From the NCBI GenBank assembly GCA_963829895.1, contig CAWHKF010000010.1, positions 405,925 to 469,924 of the forward strand: a stretch of 64,000 nt of DNA, in the 5' to 3' direction. Below, in pieces: positions 56,501 to 64,000 of this stretch; positions within the stretch are counted from its first letter, which is position 1, and each line of letters begins with the position of its first letter. The stretch comes from an uncultured Actinomycetota bacterium. Its GTDB lineage: Bacteria; Actinomycetota; Actinomycetes; Actinomycetales; Microbacteriaceae. A program made the position numbers and the translations under genes. The notes below the pieces were generated by a model. That model was given only the letters and a program-made list of their open reading frames with translations. It was not told the origin of the DNA and did not search any database.

Positions 56501-59500
56501 CCCGCCGCCGGTGAGCCCCACGCCGCACCCGGGTCCCCACCCGCACGCCGCCGGTCGGCCACCCGTGCGGCCGGCACCGCGAGTGTCGCAGGTACCTTGC
56601 CGCCGGCATCCGGGCCCACATCGAGGCGGGAGCAGCGGAACCCGAGCACCGGCCGATCGCCGTCGGATTCGTCCAGTTCGCCGGCACGGACGCGCTGCTG
56701 CGCGAGCGCGGCGGCGCGGCCGCCGCGACCGAGGCGATCCACGAGGTGATCGTCGCCGTGCAGCGGGCATGCCGGAAACACGGTGCGACCTTCTTCGAAT
56801 CCGACATCGCGGTCGACGGCGGCAAGATCATGCTCACCGCGGGAGCGCCGCGCAGCGCGGGCCGCGATGCCGAACGGATGCTGCGTACCGCCCACGAGAT
56901 CGCCGGTTTCCGGGGCGCACTCGCCATCCGCGTCGGCGTGAACGCGGGTCACGTCTTCGCCGGGGACTTCGGGCCGCCACAGCGGCGCACCTACTCGGTC
57001 AAGGGAGATGCCGTGAACCTGGCGGCGCGTCTGCTCGGCCGCGCGGAAGCAGGAGAGGCGGTCGCCACGACCCGGGTCCTGGCCGATGCGGGGCCGGTGT
57101 TCGACGCGGCGCCGCTGCCTTCCTTCACCGTGAAGGGCAAGCGTGCGCCGGTCGAAGCCGCCATCATCCGCGGCGAGCGGAGAGGGGCCGCAGAGGTGAG
57201 GATCCCGTTCCTCGGGCGCGAGGCGGAGCTCACCGAGATGGCGGCTGCGCTGGCCGGTGCATCCGCGGGGCGCGGAACGGTTATCGACGTCGTCGGCGAA
57301 CCCGGGATCGGAAAATCGCGGCTCGTCGCGGAGCTGAGCACCCCGGCAGCGATGCGCAGGGTCGCCGTCACGGTCAGCAATTACGACAGCGGCACCCCGT
57401 ACGCCGCGCTCGGGATGCTGCTGCGCCAGGTTCTCGGCATCGGTGTGCATGAGCAGCCCGCGACTGCCGCGGCCGTGCTGGCCGAGGGGGTGCGGCAGGT
57501 CGCGCCGGATCTCCTGCCGTGGCTGCCGTTGCTCGGCGTGCCGCTCGGCCTCGACATGCCAGCGACACGCGAGGTCGACGACCTGGATCCCCGTTTCCGC
57601 CGCGGTCGGATCGAAGAGACCACGATCGCGCTGCTGGCCGCTCGCCTCACCGCACCGGTCATGGTGGTGATCGAGGACGCCCATCTGATGGACGAGGCGT
57701 CGGGTGCGCTGCTGCACCGCCTCGAGGGCGAGGTGCCGCGTCATCCCTGGTGCGTCATCGTCATCCGGCGCGCGACCACGGTGGGCTACGTGCCGCGCCT
57801 GGCAGGCCCGAACGACAGACGGATCGCGCTCGACGGTGTGCCGCCCGAGACGGCGCTGGAACTCCTCGAGTCAGCGGTGGGCGCCTCACGCCCGAGTCGT
57901 CACAGGATCTCTGCGATGGCCGAGCGCGCCAACGGAAACCCGCTGTTCCTCACGTCGCTCGCCACGAGCGTGCGGACCGGTGACGCCACCGACGACCTTC
58001 CTGGTTCGGTGGAGGCCCTGCTGCTCGTCGACATCGACCGGCTCGGTGCCGCCGACCGCACCCTGCTACGGCTCGCGGCCGTGCTGGGCGCCCGCTTCGA
58101 CGGCGGCGTCCTGGCGGACGTGCATCCGTCACGGATCACCGCCGACGAGATCGCCACGCGGCTGCACGAGTTCGTGCGTAGGGCGGACGACGGCGAGTTC
58201 GAGTTCCGGCACACGATGGTGCGCGACGTCGCCTATGCCGGGCTCCCGTACCGCCTGCGTCGCCGCATGCATGAACGCGTCGCGGTCGCCCTTCAGGCCC
58301 GCGCGGGCCGCTTCGCCGGCGCGGACCTGCTCAGCCTGCACTTCCACGCCGCCGGACTTCACGCTCGAGGCCTGGTCCTCGTCTCTTCGGGCCGGCGAGG
58401 AGGCGCGAGCGAAGTACGCCTATGCGCAGGCCGCCGCCTTCTTCGCCCGCGCGCTCGACAGCGCCGCGCACCTGGCGGACAGCCCCGCCGAGCGACCGAG
58501 CGTGGCGGTCTGGCTCGGCGAGTGTCTCGACATGTCCGGAGATGCGGCCGGAGCACTGGCTGCGCTGCGGCGCGCCCGCCGCGACATGCTCGCCGACCCC
58601 GTCGCCACGGCCGACACGCTCCACAAAGAGGCGCGGATCACCCTGCGCCTGGGGCGATACCGCTCCGTCCTCGCGCAGCTGACCCGGGCGATGCGGGTGC
58701 TCGACGACGTGGACGGGACCGCTGCGGATGCGGTGAGAGCACGGATCGCGACCTGGTACGGCTTCTGCCTGCATCTGCAGGGCCGGGACGCCGCGGCGGT
58801 GCAGTGGGGCCGTCGCGCCGTGGCGTTCGCTGAGGCTTCGGGAGACCAGGAGGTGCTCGCGAACGCCTGCAACGCGCTGCACCTGTCGTACGGTGCGTCC
58901 GCCATGGTCGAGGATCGCCCGTACGGGCAGATCGCTCTCGGGCTGTATGAGGAGCTCGACGATCTCAGCGGTCAGGCGCTGACGCTCAACAACCTCGCGA
59001 TCGACGCGTACAACGCGGGCCGCTGGGACGAGGCGGTGGACGCCTTCGCCGAGGTTGCCCCGCGCTTCCACCGCCTCGGCGACGACGCCGACGAGGCGAC
59101 CGCCCTCTACAACCGCGCGGACGTGCTCGTGGCGCAGGGCCGATGCGGCGAGGCGCTGCCCGTACTGGCAGCGTCGCTGCACCTGGCACGCCGCGCGGAC
59201 GACGAGGAGCTGGTGGGGCTGGCGCTGCGCGAGCAGGCTCGAGCACAGGCCGCGACGGGCGATGCGGCTCGAGCGTGGGCGTCGTTCCGGCAGGCCCGCC
59301 TGGTGCTGGCCGGTCTCGACCTCGCGACGGAGGTGGCGCTGCTGGATGCCGCGCACGCCGAAGCCCTGGCAGCTGACGGGCGGACCACCGAAGCGCTCGC
59401 GCTGCTGGACGAGACCATCCCGGCTGCGCAGGCGAAGGCGCCCGACGCGCTCGCCCGTCTGCACCGGGTGCGCGCACGCGCTCTGCTGGCACAGGGGCGC

Positions 59501-59668
59501 GCCGAGCAGGCCGCGTCTGCCGCCCGAGCGGGCCTGGCCTGCACCACCGGGACGTACGGAGGATTCGAGCCGGCACTGCTGGGCCTCGCACTCGCCGATG
59601 CGACGCAGGACGACGGGCTGCGAGCCGATTCGACGCGGATTCTCGACTCTCTGGGCGTCGTGAGGTGA
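56500..59668 (+). CDS. Class III nucleotide cyclase-STAND ATPase-TPR protein, N-terminal part missing; frameshift near 58365
   Basis: EPEHRPIAVGFVQF, DGGKIML, GDAVNLAARL; GEPGIGKSRL, IEDAHLMD, GNPLFL, FRHTMVRDVAY; TPR-like helices (ALTLNNLA, ALYNRADVL). Confidence 0.8.
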
Positions 59669-59677
59669 GCGTCGCCG

Positions 59678-60643
59678 CTACTTGATCGTGCCGCGCACGT
59701 CCTCCAGGAAGAGCACGACGAGTCGCAGATCGCCGGCGTTGTCCCGCGTGCTGGAGACGGTGTCGGTGCAGAACTCCTGATCGGCGCCGATGACGCCCCG
59801 GGCAGGGCACGTGGGCGTCGTCAGCAGCTCAGCGGTCCCTGTCGGGGACCACAGGGCGCGGTATTTCGGCACGCCGCCGCCGCCGCAGAGGGACTTGTCG
59901 CACACGATGGTCATCCGTGCCGGGCTGGTGCGCGTGTACCGATCGGCCATATCCGCGATGAACTGGGTGACGAGCGCGCCGTCGCGGCACGTCTGCCCCG
60001 CTGGGCACAGCCCGAGGGACAGCGCGACCCGGCCGCCGGCGCCGCTCGGCAGCGAGAGCAGACCGCACATCGGGTGCGCGGCATCCACCGTCGTGCACGC
60101 GCTGCCGTCGGCGCCTGCCGTGCCGTCCTTCAGCGCGGCGGACTCGCCGTCCAGGAGGTTCAGGACGAGATCGATCGGAAAGGATGCCGTCGTCCCGGTG
60201 AGCGCGGACTTCTTGTTCACTGTGCGCGCGGTGATCTGAAGCGCCGCGGCGGGGCTCGAGTACGACGTGGCGATGGTCGCGGTCGAGGCGCCCGCCGGAA
60301 TCGTCGCCTGCGTGGTGGCCAGCTGCCCGGGGCCCGGTGCCGTGAGGCTGACGGACGTCGCGCTGGGGTAGGTCGCCGGTGTCGTGCCGTCCCACAGCGA
60401 GACCTCGACCACGAACGGCGTGCCGACGGCGGCGAGGACCGCCGGCATCGATGCCGCGGGCACGCCCGTCAGCTGCCCGGCGATACCCGGATCGGTGCGG
60501 GCGGTCACGGTGATCGAGGTGGGCGTGGGGATCTTCGTCGCGGAGGCCGGCTCGGCGAGAGCGAGTGGCGCCAGCAGCGCGAGCAGTGCCAGGCCGGCGA
60601 AGGCGACGAGCCGGTGTCCGGCGCGGATCGGGCGAGATGACAT
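59678..60643 (-). CDS. Secreted protein with Thr/Ala-rich beta region and 8-Cys C-terminal domain
   Basis: RBS GAGGAGG, signal peptide ending PASA, four adjacent Cys pairs. Confidence 0.8.
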   Translation of the reverse strand: MSSRPIRAGHRLVAFAGLALLALLAPLALAEPASATKIPTPTSITVTARTDPGIAGQLTGVPAASMPAVLAAVGTPFVVEVSLWDGTTPATYPSATSVSLTAPGPGQLATTQATIPAGASTATIATSYSSPAAALQITARTVNKKSALTGTTASFPIDLVLNLLDGESAALKDGTAGADGSACTTVDAAHPMCGLLSLPSGAGGRVALSLGLCPAGQTCRDGALVTQFIADMADRYTRTSPARMTIVCDKSLCGGGGVPKYRALWSPTGTAELLTTPTCPARGVIGADQEFCTDTVSSTRDNAGDLRLVVLFLEDVRGTIK

Positions 60644-60668
60644 GGCCCCTCCTCGTGTAGGTGCTCTC

Positions 60669-60741
60669 AGCCTCGCGCGCGCGGGCCCGGAAAAGATCCG
60701 TGAGCTCACTGAGGTTTCGTCTCGGCCGTTTCGCACATGCT
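60669..60741. promoter_or_regulatory. Palindromic activator box (copy 2, 60693-60716) serving divergent promoters
   Basis: AAGATCCGTGAG|CTCACTGAGGTT; minus-strand GAGGCT 18 nt away, plus-strand CATGCT 19 nt away and 6 nt before ATG 60748. Confidence 0.7.
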
Positions 60742-60747
60742 GACCCC

Positions 60748-63700
60748 ATGGCGATCGAGTCTCGTGCTGATGCCGGTTCGCGACCGGTCCACGATGGGCC
60801 ACGCTCGGCGGTGCGTGGCGCCCGGATTCCGGGACGCACCGTCCTGCTGGTGGCGTCCTTCGGGGCGCTGCTGGCGTTCCTCGACGCGACGATCGTCAAC
60901 ATCGCGTTTCCCAGCATGCGTGAGGACTTCCCCGACGAGTCGATCGGCACGATCTCGTGGGTGCTGAACGCCTACAACATCGTGTTCGCATCGTTCATGA
61001 TCGTCTTCGGCCGTCTCAGCGACGTGATGGGGCGCCGGAAGCTCTACCTGCTGGGTGTCGTCCTGTTCACGCTGGCATCGCTGGCGTGCGCAGCGGCACC
61101 GTCGGTGGCGCTGCTGGTGGCTGCGCGGGTGCTGCAGGCGCTGGGTGCGGCGATGCTGGTGCCGGCGTCCCTGGCCGTGGTGATCGAGGGGGCCCCTGTC
61201 GGCAAGCGGGCGCGCGCGGTGGGGCTGTGGGCGGCGGCCGCGGCGGTCGCGGCGGGTCTCGGACCGCCGATCGGCGGGCTTCTGGTGGAGGCGGGAGGCT
61301 GGCGTTGGGCGTTCTGGATCAATCTGCCGCTGGGGATCCTCGCCTGGTGGCTCGGCCGTCGCCTGCTGGTGAACAGCCGGGCGCCGGGACGTCGGCGCAT
61401 CCCGGACCTGCGGGGCGCTGTGCTGCTCGCCGCAGCGTTGGGCCTGACGACCCTCGCGATCATCAAGGGCGCTGAGTGGGGAGCATCCAGCATCACGCTG
61501 TGGCTGGTGGTCGGCGGCGCCCTCGTGATGTTCGCGGCGTTCGTGGCCAGTTCCATCAAGCATCCGGTGCCCGTGCTGGATCTGGCCATGTTGCGCAGCC
61601 GGCCGTTCCTCGTCGCCAACATCGCGACGCTCGTCGCCGGCGTCGGCTTCTTCGCCTACCTGCTCACCAATGTGCTGTGGCTGCAGTACGTCTGGCAGTA
61701 CTCGGTCCTCGAGGCCGGCCTCGCGCTGGTTCCCGGCGCGCTCGTGGCCGCGATCACCGCGGGCGTTCTGGAACCCGTCGCGACGCGCTTCGGATACCGG
61801 TGGATCATCGTCGCGGGGTTCATCGTGTGGGGGCTGGGATTCGTCTGGTATCTCACCGTGGTCGATGTCACGCCGGACTTCTGGGGGGCGTGGCTGCCCG
61901 GTCAGGTGCTCAGCGGAATCGGCGTGGGTGCCACGCTGCCGCTGCTGGCGGCATCCACTCTCGCGACCCAGCCGGACGGACGCTACGCGACGGCCTCGGC
62001 CGTGATCTCGAGCGCACGTCAGATCGGCGGCACGATCGGTGTGGCGCTGCTCGTGGTGATCCTGGAACGCCGACCCCGCTCACGGTCGTGGAGGATCTCC
62101 GCGAGGGCTGGATGCTGTGCATCGCGTCCTTCGTGGCGGGCGCCGTGATCACGCTGTTCCTCGGGCGGCTGCGGCCGCCGGCCGAGGACCTCGCCGTCGA
62201 GTCCATGGATCTTTCCAAGCTCCAAGCGCCGGCATCGGACCGCAACGTGCTGCTGCGCCGAACCGTCGCGCCGGTGGAGGAATCGCTGTTCGCCCGACTG
62301 CCGTCGGAAGTCCGCAAGCACATCGAACTCACCGCGCCGCAGCGGACGGTGCCGGCGGGCGAGTGGATGCTGCAGCAGGGGGCTCCCGCCTCGTCGATGT
62401 TCGTGCTCCTCGCCGGCCGCGCAGAGGTCGTCATCGGCGGAGCGGTGGTCCGCGAACTGGGGCCGGGCGCCGTGATCGGAGAACTGGCGCTGCTCACCGG
62501 CGGCGTGCGCTCGGCCTCCATCCGGGCGCGGCGGGACTGCCGGGTGCTCGAGGTGCCTCGCTCGGCGCTGGATGAGGCGATCGGTCAGGACCCGGCGGCA
62601 CTTTCCGCCCTGGTGACGGCGCTGGCGCATCAGCTCGCCGACGCGAGCCCGCCCACGACGCGTCATGCGGCCCGTCCGAGCCTGGTGGCGGTCGTCGGCG
62701 CGGATGCGCACGCACCGGTCGAGGAGGTGACGGCGCTGCTGCATCGCGGCATCTCGGCGCATCTCCGAGTCGAGGTCCTGCGCGGCCCCCGGACCCCCGA
62801 GGAGATCGATCGCGCCGAGAGTGCGAATCAGCTGGTCCTCCTCGTCGCCGCCGGCCACGACGACTGGGTCGCCCGGTGCGTCCGCGAGGCCGACACCGTG
62901 GTGCTGGTCGGCCGGACGGCCGATTCTCCGAGCGACACCCGACCTGACATGGCGAGTCGTCCCGAGCTCGTCCTGATCGGCGATGCCGACAGCGCGATGC
63001 GGCAGGCACGGCAGGCATGGCTCGATGCGGTGGATCCGTGGCGTTTCAGCGAACTCGCCCATGGCGATGTGACGGCGACCGGGGTGCCCCCCGGCATCCG
63101 TGGTCTGGTGGACAGGCTGGCCGGCAGATCGCTGGCGCTCGTCTGCGGCGGCGGGGGAGCGCGGGCGCTCACCCACATCGGAGTCCTCATCGAACTCGAG
63201 GCGGCCGGCATACACGTCGACAGGGTCGCGGGCACCAGCATGGGCGCCCTCATCGGCGGCCTCTACGCCACCGGCGCGAGCGCGGCCGAGGTCGGCGATG
63301 CCGCCTATCGTGAATTCGTGCGGCACGACATGTTCGGCGACTATGGGCTGCCGCGCACTTCTCGTCCGCGGCAAGCGTGTGCAGCGGGCGCTCGCGCGCA
63401 ACTACGGGGACTGGCGCCTCGAGGAACTGCCGAGAGGATTCCGGTGCGTCAGCACCGATCTCGTCACGCGGTCGGCCGTGGTGCACCGCGCCGGGCCCAT
63501 GGTCGACGCCATCAAGGCCTCGTCACGCCTTCCGGTGGTCTTCACGCCGATCGTCAGCGACGGGCGGCTGCTCGTCGACGGCAGCGTGCTCGACAACCTC
63601 CCGGTCGACACCGTCACCGAACGGGCAGAGGGCCCGATCATCGCCGTGAACATCTCGGCCGCCAGCGGCCGGCCTGTCGCCCCGGGCCAGCCGCGGCGAC

Positions 63701-63931
63701 CGGTGCGCGTGCCTGCGCTGGGCGAGACGATGATGCGCACGTTCCTGATCAACGGCGGAGACGCGGCCGGCGCCCAGAGGCTCGGCGCATGGGTCGTCAC
63801 CCCGCATTCGATGGGAGCCGGATTCCTGGAGTTCGACCAATTCGACCGACTGGTCGAGTCCGGCGCGCGCGGCCGCCCGGACTCTCCTGGAACAGACCGG
63901 CGGCGACCTGTCCGGCGGCGCCGTCCGCTGA
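60748..63931 (+). CDS. MFS (DHA2)-cNMP-binding-patatin phospholipase fusion; frameshifts near 62068, 63360 and 63868
   Basis: [18 protein letters not shown]; GELALL..RSAS cNMP pocket; [22 protein letters not shown] patatin motifs. Confidence 0.85.
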
Positions 63932-64000
63932 CGCGGGTAGGGGTCCGCCGCCAGCCGACGTCGTCGCGAGGACAGCTCTGCTTCCACAAGGAGCCGCCCG

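Noticed and set aside
53296-64000. Integrative element at tRNA-Gln
   Set aside because: No integrase, transposase or duplicated tRNA 3' end within the window; accessory status is inferred only from content and position.

Overview
High-GC actinobacterial chromosome, most likely Microbacteriaceae/Microbacterium-like (inferred from gene order, protein sequences and many leaderless genes). Bases 1-53400 are mostly core metabolism: tRNA-Lys(CTT); a Liv-type ABC transporter/acyl-CoA ligase/3-hydroxybutyrate dehydrogenase/esterase operon linked to IclR, CoA-transferase and thiolase; otsAB; ilvD-ilvBNC; serA; leuB; ilvE; a D-amino-acid catabolic cluster; gltX; tRNA-Gln(CTG). Many genes, including essential ones, carry single-base frameshifts that look like long-read consensus errors. 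After tRNA-Gln lies an accessory signalling block (53400-64000): a LuxR-STAND regulator, a cyclase-STAND-TPR protein, a Cys-paired secreted protein and an MFS-cNMP-patatin fusion. An identical 20-bp core of a 24-bp palindrome occurs twice in this block, at lux-box-like positions (-42.5/-43.5) of three predicted promoters. Other unexplained signals: an abrupt codon-usage switch in the last 100 codons of ilvD, a 29-bp-phased TCACG(GC) array upstream of a 68-aa ORF, an apparently catalytically dead M48 protease-like receptor, and window-wide over-representation of GGCATCC/GGATGCC. All calls were made by eye; no searches were run.
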